Shown: positions 10,428 to 20,454 of the stretch, piece after piece
Layout: every line of letters starts with the position of its first letter
Position numbering within the stretch: position 1 is the first letter of the stretch
Assembly (NCBI GenBank): GCA_049840735.1
Contig: JASGJN010000013.1
Span: forward strand, 32,001 to 96,000
Source of the DNA: Anaeromyxobacter sp.
Lineage (GTDB): Bacteria > Myxococcota > Myxococcia > Myxococcales > Anaeromyxobacteraceae
DNA: 64,000 nt
Reading direction: 5' to 3'
Program-made: the position numbers and the translations under genes
Notes under the pieces: model-generated
Told to the model about the DNA's origin: nothing
Seen by the model: only the letters and a program-made list of their open reading frames with translations
Database searches by the model: none

Positions 10428-10949
10428 TCAGTCCCGGGTGGCGGGGCCGGGCCCGCGGAAGATGTCGCGCACCTCGCGCTCGGGGACCAGCGGCTGGCGC
10501 CCCTTCAGCGGGTAGTCCTTGCGCAGCGGGTGGCCCACGAACTCGTCGTACATGAACAGGCGGCGCAGGTCGGGGTGGCCCGAGAACCGGATGCCGTACA
10601 TGTCGAAGCAGTAGCGCTCGAACCAGTCGGCGCCGCGCCACACCGGCGTCACCGAGGGCACCGGCGCGTCCTCGCCCTCCGGCACCTTCACGCGCAGCCG
10701 GATGCGGGTGTTGTTGGCGACGGAGAGCAGGTTGTAGACCACCTCGAAGCGCGGCTCCTGGCCCAGGTAGTCCACCGCCGTGATGTACGGCGACAGGTCG
10801 AACCGGAGCTTCTCCTTCAGGTGCCGGCAGACGTCGAGGATGGCCTCGCGCTTCACGAAGGCGCAGTCGTCGCCGCCCACGCCCTCGTAGGCCTCGTACA
10901 CCGCGTCCGGGAAGCGCTCGACGAGCACGCTGATCACGGCCTTGGACAT
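10428..10949 (-). CDS. nuoC: NADH-quinone oxidoreductase subunit C (cluster 1)
   Basis: [35 protein letters not shown]. Confidence 0.95.
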   Translation of the reverse strand: MSKAVISVLVERFPDAVYEAYEGVGGDDCAFVKREAILDVCRHLKEKLRFDLSPYITAVDYLGQEPRFEVVYNLLSVANNTRIRLRVKVPEGEDAPVPSVTPVWRGADWFERYCFDMYGIRFSGHPDLRRLFMYDEFVGHPLRKDYPLKGRQPLVPEREVRDIFRGPGPATRD

Positions 10950-10960
10950 GGCGGCCTTCC

Positions 10961-11511
10961 TCAGCGCCCCGCGCCCGGGACGGGCGGGAGCGGCGGGTGC
11001 TTGCAATCGACCAGCTTGTGGCCCTGGTCCTGGATCTTCTGCTGCAGGAGCATGATCCGTCGAGGACCTGCTCCGGCCGCGGCGGGCAGCCGGGGATGTA
11101 GACGTCCACCGGCACGATGCGGTCGATGCCCTGCACCGTGGCGTAGTTGTCGTAGAAGCCGCCGGACGAGGCGCAGACGCCGAAGGCCACCACCCACTTC
11201 GGCTCGGCCATCTGCTCGTAAATCCGCTGCAGGATGGGGGCCTGCTTGCAGTTGACCGTGCCGACGACCATCAGCAGGTCGGCCTGGCGGGGGGAGAAGC
11301 GGGGGAGCGCCGCGCCGAACCGGTCCACGTCGTACCGGGCCGAGGCCAGCGTCATGTACTCCATGCCGCAGCAGGCGGTGACGAACGGGTACTGGAACAG
11401 CGAGTACTTGCGGGCCCAGCCCAGCCCCTTGGAGACCATCCCCTGGAGCCAGTTCTGCGCCTCGTCCCGGCGGGTGGTGATGGCCGGGATGACGTCGATC
11501 TCGGATGCCAT
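10961..11511 (-). CDS. nuoB: NADH-quinone oxidoreductase subunit B (cluster 1), apparent 1-nt deletion near 11057
   Basis: [21 protein letters not shown]. The C-terminus IMLLQQKIQ continues in another frame. Confidence 0.92.
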
Positions 11512-11528
11512 GGTGTCCTGCGACCTCT

Positions 11529-11918
11529 CTAGTCGGCCCAGTCCAGCACGCCCTTCTTCCAGACGTAGACCAGCCCTGCGATGAGGGTGGCGACGAAGAT
11601 GCCCATCGAGATGTAACCGGACCAACCGAGCCCGGGGGCATGACCTTGCGCGTCCGCCAGCAGGAGCACCGCCCACGGGTAGAGGAAGATCGCCTCGATG
11701 TCGAAGACGATGAAGAGGAGCGCCACCACGTAGAACTTCACCCCGAAGCGCTCGTGCGCCGAGCCGACCGGCTCGGAGCCGCACTCGAAGGGCGTGGACT
11801 TGACGGCGCTCGGGCGGCGGGGCCCCAGCACGTTGGCCAGCCCGACCATCAGGCCGGCGAGCCCCACGGCGACCAGCAGGACGAGGCCGATCGGGAAGTA
11901 GATCTGGAGTGGTGTCAT
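11529..11918 (-). CDS. nuoA: NADH-quinone oxidoreductase subunit A (cluster 1)
   Basis: [27 protein letters not shown]. Confidence 0.95.
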   Translation of the reverse strand: MTPLQIYFPIGLVLLVAVGLAGLMVGLANVLGPRRPSAVKSTPFECGSEPVGSAHERFGVKFYVVALLFIVFDIEAIFLYPWAVLLLADAQGHAPGLGWSGYISMGIFVATLIAGLVYVWKKGVLDWAD

Positions 11919-12082
11919 AGAAGGTGGGCGGGGGTCGGGGCCCTTAACTGCCTGCGACAACTAGGTTTGTCAATCGGTTTTGCCCCTTGACTGGAACGGG
12001 GCCGTCAGTACCATGCCGTACCGCATGCCCTTTCGGTTTTCCTAGGTTTGCCGAGAGGATAGTTGGCCTTGGAGCACTCCGC
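11919..12082. promoter_or_regulatory. Divergent promoter region for the two nuo operons
   Basis: Lower GC. Plus strand TTGACT (11987), 16 nt, TACCAT (12009). Minus strand TTGACA at 11968-11973. Repeated CTAGGTTTG and TCGGTTTT. Confidence 0.65.
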
Positions 12083-12529
12083 ATGGGTTTCGACTTCGGC
12101 GCGGTCCTCGTGTTCGCCATCGTGGCGGTCGGCTTTGCGCTGGGTGGAATCACCCTGTCCCGCGTCCTGGGGCCAAGGGTCCCCAACCAGGACAAGGCGT
12201 CCATCTACGAGTGCGGAGAGCGCCCCATCGGCGTGGCCTGGTTCAACTTCAACCCGCGCTTCTACCTGGTGGCGCTGGTCTTCGTGATCTTCGAGGTGGA
12301 CATCGCGCTCACCTTCCCGGTGGTCGCGGTCTATCGCCGCTGGGTCGAATCCAGCCCCATGCTCGCCTGGGTCGCGTTCGGCGAGCTGTTCCTCTTCACC
12401 GCCATCCTGGTGGTGGGCCTGGTCTGGGTCTGGGCCCACGGCGACCTGGAGTGGGTGAAGGGGCTGGGCGCGCGCGCGGAGCGGCCGCCCGAGGCGGCGG
12501 CGCCGGAGAAGCCGCGCAGCGCGGCGTAG
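12083..12529 (+). CDS. nuoA: NADH-quinone oxidoreductase subunit A (cluster 2)
   Basis: YECGE, FYLVALVFVIFEVD, GDLEW. Confidence 0.94.
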   Translation: MGFDFGAVLVFAIVAVGFALGGITLSRVLGPRVPNQDKASIYECGERPIGVAWFNFNPRFYLVALVFVIFEVDIALTFPVVAVYRRWVESSPMLAWVAFGELFLFTAILVVGLVWVWAHGDLEWVKGLGARAERPPEAAAPEKPRSAA

Positions 12530-12592
12530 GCCGGCGGAGCAGCGGGCGGGTCGAGGCGGGCGCAGACCAACCGGAGCGGGCGAGGAGCGGCG

Positions 12593-13111
12593 ATGCACGA
12601 CGCAGGCGCACGGCACGGCGAGGGCGAGATCTCGCTCTTCCACACCAGCCAGCTCGATCACCTGATCAACCTGGCCCGCGAGAACTCGCTCTGGTACCTG
12701 CTGTTCGGGCTCGCGTGCTGCGGCATCGAGCTCATCCAGACCGGCGGCCCCCGGGCCGACCTGATGCGCTTCGGCGCCATCCCGCGCGCCTCGCCGCGCC
12801 AGGCCGACTTCATGATCGTGGCCGGCACGCTCACCTACAAGATGGCCGAGCGGGCCAAGCTGCTCTACGACCAGATGTCCGAGCCCAAGTACGTGATCTC
12901 GATGGGCAGCTGCGCCAACTGCGGCGGCCTCTTCCAGCTCGCCTACTCGGTGTGCAAGGGCGTGGACAAGGTCATCCCGGTGGACGTCTACGTCCCCGGC
13001 TGCCCGCCGCGCCCGGAGGCGCTCACCGAGGGGCTGCTGCGGCTCCAGGGAATCGTCCGCCGCGAGCGCTGGGCCGACAAGCGGCGGCCGGCCGGCAGCG
13101 CCGCGCCGTAG
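12593..13111 (+). CDS. nuoB: NADH-quinone oxidoreductase subunit B (cluster 2)
   Basis: [27 protein letters not shown]. Confidence 0.95.
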   Translation: MHDAGARHGEGEISLFHTSQLDHLINLARENSLWYLLFGLACCGIELIQTGGPRADLMRFGAIPRASPRQADFMIVAGTLTYKMAERAKLLYDQMSEPKYVISMGSCANCGGLFQLAYSVCKGVDKVIPVDVYVPGCPPRPEALTEGLLRLQGIVRRERWADKRRPAGSAAP

Positions 13112-13196
13112 CGCGGGTGATGTCCGGGCGCCCTCGCGGCGCCCGAGCCGTGTGGTGGTTCGAAGAGCCAGCGCCGTCGCTTCACCCGGAGGCCAG

Positions 13197-13802
13197 ATGA
13201 CCACGCAGGAGCTCCACGACCGGCTGCGCGCCCGCTTCGGCGAGGCGGTGGGCCCGCTCACCGAGGCCAAGGTCGACCCCTGGTGCCTGGTGGCGCGGGA
13301 CCGCCTGGTCGAGGTGTGCCGCTTCCTCAAGCAGGAGCCGGGGCTGGAGCTGGACTTCCTCGAGGACCTGACCGCGGTCGACTGGCCGAAGCGGAGCGTG
13401 ATCGAGGTGGTCTACCACCTCCTCTCCTACCGCCACCGGCACGGCCTGGTGCTCAAGGTGGAGGCCGACCGCGCCGCCCCGGTGGTGCCCACCGTGCAGG
13501 GCGTCTGGAAGGCCGCCAACTGGCACGAGCGCGAGGTGTACGACCTCTTCGGCGTGGACTTCCCCGGCCACCCCGACCTGCGCCGGATCCTGCTCCCGGA
13601 CGACTGGGAGGGCCACCCGCTGCGCAAGGACTACCAGGAGGCCGGCGGCTACCACGGCCTGGCCAACGTCCGCGAGAACCCGCTGGTGGAGCTGAAGCGG
13701 CTGGACGACAAGCGCCGCGCCGAGGCCGCCCCGCCGCCGCCGCCTGCCCCGCCCCCCGCGGCCGCCCCCGCCGCGCCCCCCGCCGACGCGCCCAAGGCCT
13801 AG
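13197..13802 (+). CDS. nuoC: NADH-quinone oxidoreductase subunit C (cluster 2)
   Basis: [28 protein letters not shown]. Confidence 0.95.
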   Translation: MTTQELHDRLRARFGEAVGPLTEAKVDPWCLVARDRLVEVCRFLKQEPGLELDFLEDLTAVDWPKRSVIEVVYHLLSYRHRHGLVLKVEADRAAPVVPTVQGVWKAANWHEREVYDLFGVDFPGHPDLRRILLPDDWEGHPLRKDYQEAGGYHGLANVRENPLVELKRLDDKRRAEAAPPPPPAPPPAAAPAAPPADAPKA

Positions 13803-13805
13803 ATC

Positions 13806-14945
13806 ATGGAAAAGCTCATCCTGCGCCGGGTGGACCGCGACAGCGAGGAGATGATCCTCAACTTCGGGCCGCAGCACCCGTCCACCCACGGCGTGATCAA
13901 CTTCGTGGTGGAGACCGACGGCGAGGTGCTCCGGCGCGCCGTCCCGGACGTCGGCTACCTGCACCGCTCCATCGAGAAGATCGGCGAGCTGGTCGGCTAC
14001 CCCGGGTTCATGCCCTTCACCGACCGCGTGGACTACGTGGCGGCCATGTTCGCGAACGAGGGGTACGCCACCGCGGTGGAGCGGCTGCTCAAGCTGGAGA
14101 TCCCGCCGCGCGCCCAGTACCTGCGCCTCATCTCCTGCGAGCTGTGCCGGATCGCCTCCCACCTGGTCTCGGTGGGCACCATGGCCATGGACATCGGCGC
14201 CTTCACGCCCATGCTCCACGGCATCCGCGAGCGCGAGACCATCAACGACCTGCTCGAGGCGCTCTGCGGCGCGCGGCTCACCTACAACTACCACCGCATC
14301 GGCGGCGTGGCCTTCGACCTGCCGGAGGGCTGGCGGGACAAGGTGCTCCGCTTCCTCGACCACTTCGACCGCTTCCTGCCCGAGTTCGACCGGCTGATCT
14401 CGTTCAACGAGGTCTACATCAAGCGGCTGGCCGGCGTGGCCGTCATCCCCGGCCCCATGGCCATCGACTACGGCCTGGTGGGCCCGAACCTGCGCGGCTC
14501 GGGCGTGGACTGGGACCTGCGCCGCGACCTGCCCTACGGCGCCTACCCCGACCTCGCCTTCAAGGTGCCGGTGGGCGAGGGGTTCGTGGGCCAGGTGGGC
14601 GACTGCTTCGACCGGTACTACGTGCGCTGCCTGGAGATGGGCGAGTCCTCGAAGCTGGTCCGCCAGGCGCTGGAGCGGATCCCCGAGGGCGAGTACATGG
14701 CCAAGGTCCCGCGCAAGGTGAAGCCGGAGGCGGGCGAGGCGCTCTCGCGCGTCGAGAGCGCCCGGGGCGAGATGGCCTACTACGTGGTCTCCGACGGCAC
14801 CGAGAAGGCCTGGCGGGTGCGGGCGCGGACCGGCTCGTTCACGGCCATGGGGATCATCGAGGACATCTCGCACGGCCTGATGGTGGCCGACCTGGTGGCC
14901 CTGATCGCTTCACTGGACGTGGTTGCGCCGGAGATCGACCGATGA
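13806..14945 (+). CDS. nuoD: NADH-quinone oxidoreductase subunit D (cluster 2)
   Basis: [22 protein letters not shown]-terminal EIDR. No NiFe-binding CxxC motifs. Confidence 0.95.
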   Translation: MEKLILRRVDRDSEEMILNFGPQHPSTHGVINFVVETDGEVLRRAVPDVGYLHRSIEKIGELVGYPGFMPFTDRVDYVAAMFANEGYATAVERLLKLEIPPRAQYLRLISCELCRIASHLVSVGTMAMDIGAFTPMLHGIRERETINDLLEALCGARLTYNYHRIGGVAFDLPEGWRDKVLRFLDHFDRFLPEFDRLISFNEVYIKRLAGVAVIPGPMAIDYGLVGPNLRGSGVDWDLRRDLPYGAYPDLAFKVPVGEGFVGQVGDCFDRYYVRCLEMGESSKLVRQALERIPEGEYMAKVPRKVKPEAGEALSRVESARGEMAYYVVSDGTEKAWRVRARTGSFTAMGIIEDISHGLMVADLVALIASLDVVAPEIDR

Positions 14946-16363
14946 CGACCGTCACCACCGAGGCCGCGCAGCGCCACGCGCGGACCCCGCACATCGGCGC
15001 CAACCCGCGCGGCGTGCTGCTGGCCACCCTGGGCTTCGGCCTGGGGCTGCCCTTGCTGCTCTTCTCGGCGGTGCTGGTGCTGTCGCCCATCTCCAAGCCG
15101 GCGCAGCTGGGCCACCTGGTCCAGGCGCTGGGCGCGGCCTTCGGGCAGCAGTGGGATCCCGCCGCCTGGCCGCTCACCGCCCAGCTGCTCCTCTACGGCG
15201 TGTCGGTGCTGGTGCTGGCCTTCGTGCTGCTCAACTTCGGCGCCATCATCTCCGGCATGACCGTCTGGTGGGAGATGCGGGTCTCCTCCCGCATGCAGAG
15301 CCGCGTCGGCTACAACCGCGTCGGCGCCGGCGGCTTCTTCCAGTGGGTGGCGGACGCGGTCAAGCTGCTCTTCAAGGAGGACCTGGTGCCGGCCGAGGCC
15401 GACCAGCTCCTCTTCCGCGCCGCGCCCTACTTCGTGCTGGTCGGCTTCACGCTCACCTTCGTGGCGCTCCCCTTCGGCGAGAGCCTGATCGCCGCCGACC
15501 TGAACGTGGGCATCTTCTACGTCATCGCGGTCACGGCGCTGGTGGTGGTGGGCATCCTGCTGGCCGGCTGGTCCTCCAACTCCAAGTGGTCGCTCTTCGG
15601 CGGCATGCGGTCGGCCGCGCAGGTCATCTCCTACGAGATCCCGGGCGGCCTGGCGGTGATGGTCCCGGTGCTGATGGCCGGCACCCTCTCCATGCAGGGG
15701 ATCATCCGGGCGCAGGGGCCGTGGCCCTGGGACTGGTTCATCTTCGCGAACCCCTTCGCCCCGGTGGCCTTCATCATCTTCTTCATCGCCCAGCTGGCGG
15801 AGGGGAACCGGACCCCGTTCGACCTGCCCGAGGCCGAGTCGGAGCTGGTGGCCGGCTACCTCTCCGAGTACTCCTCCTTCCGCTTCGCGCTCTACTTCCT
15901 GGTGGAGTTCGGCAACCTCTGGGTGATGGCGGCGGTGGCCACCACGCTCTTCCTCGGCGGCTGGCAGGTGCCGTTCACCACCGCGGCGACGTTCGAGGCG
16001 GCGCGCGGCGCCGGCGCCATCCCCGGCGCCGCCTGGTGGGGGCTGCAGGTGCTCTCCATGGCCGTCTTCGCCGTGAAGACGCTGCTGGTCCTGAACCTGA
16101 TCGTCTGGGTGCGCTGGACGCTGCCCCGCATCCGCGTGGACCAGATGATGGCGCTCTGCTGGAAGTACCTCGTCCCCTTCGCCTTCGCCTGCTTCGTGGG
16201 CACGCTGCTCTGGCAGATCCTGCTGGCGCGGGTGCCGCAGGCGCGGCTCTGGACCGGGCTCGCCTGCACGCTCGGGTTCACCGTGGTGGCCTTCTTCTTC
16301 CTCCGCCAGACCCGCCGGAACATCCAGGCCGCCGGCGATCGCGTCGACCTCTCCAACTGGTGA
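14942..16363 (+). CDS. nuoH: NADH-quinone oxidoreductase subunit H (cluster 2)
   Basis: [41 protein letters not shown] overlap with nuoD. Confidence 0.94.
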   Translation: MTTVTTEAAQRHARTPHIGANPRGVLLATLGFGLGLPLLLFSAVLVLSPISKPAQLGHLVQALGAAFGQQWDPAAWPLTAQLLLYGVSVLVLAFVLLNFGAIISGMTVWWEMRVSSRMQSRVGYNRVGAGGFFQWVADAVKLLFKEDLVPAEADQLLFRAAPYFVLVGFTLTFVALPFGESLIAADLNVGIFYVIAVTALVVVGILLAGWSSNSKWSLFGGMRSAAQVISYEIPGGLAVMVPVLMAGTLSMQGIIRAQGPWPWDWFIFANPFAPVAFIIFFIAQLAEGNRTPFDLPEAESELVAGYLSEYSSFRFALYFLVEFGNLWVMAAVATTLFLGGWQVPFTTAATFEAARGAGAIPGAAWWGLQVLSMAVFAVKTLLVLNLIVWVRWTLPRIRVDQMMALCWKYLVPFAFACFVGTLLWQILLARVPQARLWTGLACTLGFTVVAFFFLRQTRRNIQAAGDRVDLSNW

Positions 16364-16373
16364 CCGGGCCGCC

Positions 16374-17075
16374 ATGATCCGCTCCTTCCACTCGTACACC
16401 GGCGCCATCCGGGAGACCGTCCGGTCCCTCTGGCACGGCATGTCCATCACGCTCTCGTACCTGGTCCGGCGCCCGACCACGGTCCAGTACCCGGACCGGA
16501 CCCCGATGCCGGTGCGCGACATGCTGCCGCCGCGCTACCGCGGCTTCCTCGAGGTGGACCCGGCCATCTGCACCGGCTGCCAGGCCTGCGAGCGCGCCTG
16601 CCCCATCAACTGCATCCAGATCGTGCTGGAGAAGGACCCGCAGAACCCGAAGCAGCGCGTGGTCACGCAGTTCGACATCGACGAGGCCAAGTGCATGTTC
16701 TGTGGCCTGTGCGTCGAGCCCTGCCCCACCGGCTCGATCCAGCACACGCGCGAGTTCGAGGGCTCGCAGCGAAACATCCGCAACCTGGTCTTCCGCTGGT
16801 CCGACCCGCTCGCCCCCTGGCCGGTCTACAAGGTGGCCAAGGACGCGACCTACTACCCGCGCGTGCCGCTGGGCTCGCTGGTGCGCGCCAAGCTGGAGGC
16901 GCAGGCCTGGGACGCGCCCGGGCCGGTCTTCCTGCCGCCGGACGCGAGCGCGCCGGCGCCGGTGAAGAAGGTGGCGGCGGCGGCGCCCGCCCCCGCGGCC
17001 CCGGCGCCCGCAACCGAAGCCGCGCCCGCAACCGGAACCGGATCCGGTTCCGGTTCCTCCACCACGGGGACCTGA
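16374..17075 (+). CDS. nuoI: NADH-quinone oxidoreductase subunit I (cluster 2)
   Basis: TVQYP, CTGCQACERACP, CMFCGLCVEPCP. Confidence 0.94.
   Translation: MIRSFHSYTGAIRETVRSLWHGMSITLSYLVRRPTTVQYPDRTPMPVRDMLPPRYRGFLEVDPAICTGCQACERACPINCIQIVLEKDPQNPKQRVVTQFDIDEAKCMFCGLCVEPCPTGSIQHTREFEGSQRNIRNLVFRWSDPLAPWPVYKVAKDATYYPRVPLGSLVRAKLEAQAWDAPGPVFLPPDASAPAPVKKVAAAAPAPAAPAPATEAAPATGTGSGSGSSTTGT
17030..17055. repeat. Perfect 26-bp palindrome
   Basis: AACCGGAACCGGATCCGGTTCCGGTT equals its own reverse complement. Confidence 0.85.
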
Positions 17076-17078
17076 CCC

Positions 17079-17759
17079 ATGAACCTCCGCACGCTGGCGA
17101 CCTGGGCCGCGGCCTCGATCCTGGTGGTGGTGTTCGTCGCCACCATGGGGGCCCTGGCCATCGTCCCCGCCGCGCAGGCCGCGCCGCCGCGCGCGCCCGG
17201 CGCGTTCGGCCTCCCCGAGCTGCTCTTCTACGCGCTGGGCGCCGTCGCGCTGGGCGGCGCCGCGGTGGTGGCCTTCGCCCGCAACATCCTCTACACGGCG
17301 GTGGGGCTCCTGGCCGCGCTGCTGGGGGCCGGCGCGCTCTACGTCCTGCTCAGCGCCGACTTCGTGGCCATCACGCAGCTCTTGGTCTACGTCGGCGGCG
17401 TGCTGGTGCTGGTGCTCTTCGCGGTGATGCTCACCAACCGCATCACCGAGGTGAACGTCTCCAACCGCAGCTTCGGCCTCTTGGGCGGCGTCCTGCTGCT
17501 GGTGGCCATGGCCCCGGTCCTGGTGACGGTGGCGGTGTTCACGCCCTGGCGCGCGACCGCGCCCGGGGCGCTGGAGAAGGGCACCACCGCCGCGCTGGGC
17601 GACGCCCTGCTGACCCGCTGGCTCCTGCCCTTCGAGGTGGCCTCGCTGGTGCTGCTGGCCACGCTGATCGGCGCGGTGGTCATCGCCCGCAAGGAGCTCA
17701 AGGCCGACGACCCGCCGGAGGGCCCCGCCGGCGCCCCGGCCCAGGAGGACGCGCCGTGA
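17079..17759 (+). CDS. nuoJ: NADH-quinone oxidoreductase subunit J
   Basis: QLLVYVGGVLVL, LLPFEVASLVLL. Confidence 0.93.
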   Translation: MNLRTLATWAAASILVVVFVATMGALAIVPAAQAAPPRAPGAFGLPELLFYALGAVALGGAAVVAFARNILYTAVGLLAALLGAGALYVLLSADFVAITQLLVYVGGVLVLVLFAVMLTNRITEVNVSNRSFGLLGGVLLLVAMAPVLVTVAVFTPWRATAPGALEKGTTAALGDALLTRWLLPFEVASLVLLATLIGAVVIARKELKADDPPEGPAGAPAQEDAP

Positions 17760-18064
17760 ACATCTCGCTCGCACATTTCCTGGTGGTCGGCGCCGGCCTG
17801 TTCGCGCTGGGGCTGGTGACGGTGGCCACCCGGCGCAACGCGGTCGGCGTGCTGATGGGGGTCGAGCTGATCCTCAACGGCGCCAACGTGAACTTCGTGG
17901 CCTTCGGGCGGTACGTGGGCGGCGGGGTGGGCGGCCAGGTCTTCGCGCTGTTCGTGATCGTGCTGGCCGCCGCCGAGGCGGCGGTCGGCCTCGCCATCGT
18001 GCTGGCCCTCTTCCAGATCTCCAAGTCGATCGACGTCCGCCAGGCGGACCTCCTCCGGGAGTGA
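17756..18064 (+). CDS. nuoK: NADH-quinone oxidoreductase subunit K
   Basis: GTG start, RRN..GVLMGVELILN, AAAEAAVGLA. Confidence 0.93.
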   Translation: MNISLAHFLVVGAGLFALGLVTVATRRNAVGVLMGVELILNGANVNFVAFGRYVGGGVGGQVFALFVIVLAAAEAAVGLAIVLALFQISKSIDVRQADLLRE

Positions 18065-20439
18065 GCATGGAACACGCCGTGGAGCACGCCGCCGGGGCGC
18101 TGGGCCCCATCGCCGTCACGCCGGCCGGCTACCTCTGGCTCATCCCGCTCTTGCCGCTGGTGGGCGCGGCGGTGAACGCGCTGGTGGGCTGGAAGCTGCA
18201 GCAGGTGCTGGGCAGGAGGATCGTCCACCGCATCGCGGTGGCGGCCGTGGCCGGCGCCTTCGGCGTGGCGGTCTACGCCTTCACCCAGCTGCTCGGGCTG
18301 GAGGAGGGGCACCGCCACCTGCAGCAGACGCTCTGGAACCTGCTCACGGCCGGCCGCCTGCAGGTGGACGTGGCCTTCGCCCTGGACCCGCTCTCGATGC
18401 TGATGGTGCTGGTCATCACCGGCGTCGGCACGCTCATCCACGTCTTCTCCATCGGCTACATGGCCGACGAGCCCGCCTACTGGCGGTTCTTCTGCTACCT
18501 GAACCTGTTCGTCTTCGCGATGCTGCTCCTGGTGATGGGGGACAACTTCGCGGTGATGTTCTTCGGGTGGGAGGGCGTGGGGCTCGCCAGCTACCTGCTC
18601 ATCGCCTTCTGGTACACCGACCCGCAGAAGGCCGCCGCCGGCATGAAGGCGTTCGTGGTCAACCGGGTGGGCGACTTCGGCTTCATCCTGGGGCTGTTCA
18701 CGCTCTTCTGGGCCCTGGGCGGCGCCTGGAGCCCGCGGGCCGACGCGCCGCTGCGCCCGGAGTACCGGCCGGCCCCCGGGCTGGCCGCGCTGGCGCCGGC
18801 GGCCACGGCGGCCGAGGGCGCGGCGCTGGCGCCGGAGGTGGCGGGCGTGAAGGTCGGCCCCACCCTCTCCTTCCGCGAGCTGCGCGACCAGGTGACCATC
18901 GAGGCCACCGGCGTGAAGGAGCGGCTGGCCGGCGCCACGCTCCTCGGCCTGCCGGTGCTGGCGCTGGTGGGGTTCCTCTTCTTCGTGGGCGCGATGGGCA
19001 AGAGCGCCCAGCTGCCGCTCTACGTCTGGCTCCCCGACGCCATGGCCGGCCCCACCCCGGTCTCGGCGCTCATCCACGCCGCCACCATGGTCACCGCCGG
19101 CGTGTACATGGTGGCGCGCCTCTCCTTCCTGTTCGCGCTCTCCCCCAGCGCCATGGGCCGGGTGGCCACCATCGGCGCGCTGACGGCGATCTTCGCCGCC
19201 TCGATCGGCTTCCTCCAGCACGACATCAAGAAGGTGCTGGCCTACTCCACCGTCTCCCAGCTGGGCTTCATGTTCATCGGCGTGGGCGTGGGGGCCTACT
19301 GGGCCGGCGTCTACCACCTGCTGACGCACGCCTTCTTCAAGGCCACGCTCTTCCTCGGCTCCGGCTCGGTGATCCTGGGCTGCCACCACGAGCAGGACAT
19401 GCGGAGGATGGGCGGCCTGGGGAGGCTCATGCCCCGCACGCGCTGGACCTACCTCATCGCCTGCTGGGCCATCGCCGGCTTCCCCATCGCCAGCGGCTTC
19501 TACTCGAAGGACGAGATCCTCTGGAAGGCGTTCTCGAGCCACCACCTGGCGCTCTTCGGGGCGCCGGTGCCCTGGCTCGGCCCCGCCATCTACGTGGTGG
19601 GCATCACCGCCGCGGTGGGCACGTCCTTCTACATGTTCCGCTCCTACTACCTGACCTTCACCGGCAGCTACCGGGGAGGCGCGGCGCACGGGGACGACCA
19701 CGGCGCGCACGCGGCGCACGGCGCCCACGGCGCGGCCGGCGCGCACGCCGCGGCCCCGCACGCCGGCGGCCACGGGGGCGGCCACGGCGACGCGCACGGC
19801 CACGCGCCGCACGAGTCGCCCTGGACCATCACCTGGGTGCTGATGGCGCTGGCGGCCGGCTCGGTCCTGACCGCGCTGCTGGGCCTGCCCATGCTCTGGA
19901 CCGGCCACGAGCCGGCGCTGGAGCGCTGGCTCTCGCCGGTGCTGGCCGAGGTGGAGTTCGCCCACGCCCCGCACGCCCTGGAGTGGCTGTTCCAGGGGAT
20001 GGGCGTCCTGGCCGCCTTCGGCGGCTGGGCGGCGGCGCGCGCGCTCTACAAGGACGGCCAGAGCCAGGTGCCGGCGCGGCTCCAGGCCCGCTTCCACGCG
20101 GCCTGGCAGGTGGTCTACGACAAGTACTACGTGGACGAGCTGTACGGCTGGCTGGTGCTCCGCCCCGCCGCCCGCCTGGCCCGCGCCCTGGCCTGGATCG
20201 ACGCGCACGTCATCGACGCGCTGGTGGACCTGGCCGCCTCCGTGACCCGCTTCGTGGCCAGCGTGGACGGCGCCATCGATCGCTACCTGGTCGACGGCGC
20301 GGTCAACGGCGTGGCCGGCGCCACCGCCGCGGCCGGGCGCTCGCTGCGCCGGATCCAGACCGGCCGCATCCAGACCTACCTCTACGGCGCGCTCGGCGGC
20401 GCGCTGGCCGTGGTCCTGCTCAACTTCCTCCTGCAGTAG
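18061..20439 (+). CDS. nuoL: NADH-quinone oxidoreductase subunit L
   Basis: GWEGVG, NRVGD, KSAQLPL..WLPDAMAGPTPVSALIHAATM. Start GTG 18061 or ATG 18067. Confidence 0.96.
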   Translation: MSMEHAVEHAAGALGPIAVTPAGYLWLIPLLPLVGAAVNALVGWKLQQVLGRRIVHRIAVAAVAGAFGVAVYAFTQLLGLEEGHRHLQQTLWNLLTAGRLQVDVAFALDPLSMLMVLVITGVGTLIHVFSIGYMADEPAYWRFFCYLNLFVFAMLLLVMGDNFAVMFFGWEGVGLASYLLIAFWYTDPQKAAAGMKAFVVNRVGDFGFILGLFTLFWALGGAWSPRADAPLRPEYRPAPGLAALAPAATAAEGAALAPEVAGVKVGPTLSFRELRDQVTIEATGVKERLAGATLLGLPVLALVGFLFFVGAMGKSAQLPLYVWLPDAMAGPTPVSALIHAATMVTAGVYMVARLSFLFALSPSAMGRVATIGALTAIFAASIGFLQHDIKKVLAYSTVSQLGFMFIGVGVGAYWAGVYHLLTHAFFKATLFLGSGSVILGCHHEQDMRRMGGLGRLMPRTRWTYLIACWAIAGFPIASGFYSKDEILWKAFSSHHLALFGAPVPWLGPAIYVVGITAAVGTSFYMFRSYYLTFTGSYRGGAAHGDDHGAHAAHGAHGAAGAHAAAPHAGGHGGGHGDAHGHAPHESPWTITWVLMALAAGSVLTALLGLPMLWTGHEPALERWLSPVLAEVEFAHAPHALEWLFQGMGVLAAFGGWAAARALYKDGQSQVPARLQARFHAAWQVVYDKYYVDELYGWLVLRPAARLARALAWIDAHVIDALVDLAASVTRFVASVDGAIDRYLVDGAVNGVAGATAAAGRSLRRIQTGRIQTYLYGALGGALAVVLLNFLLQ

Positions 20440-20454
20440 ACGGGAACGACGCCC

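Noticed and set aside
9169..11784. 871-aa ORF suggesting a NuoB-NuoD fusion
   Set aside because: Caused by the nuoB frameshift. The intervening sequence is an off-frame reading of nuoC.
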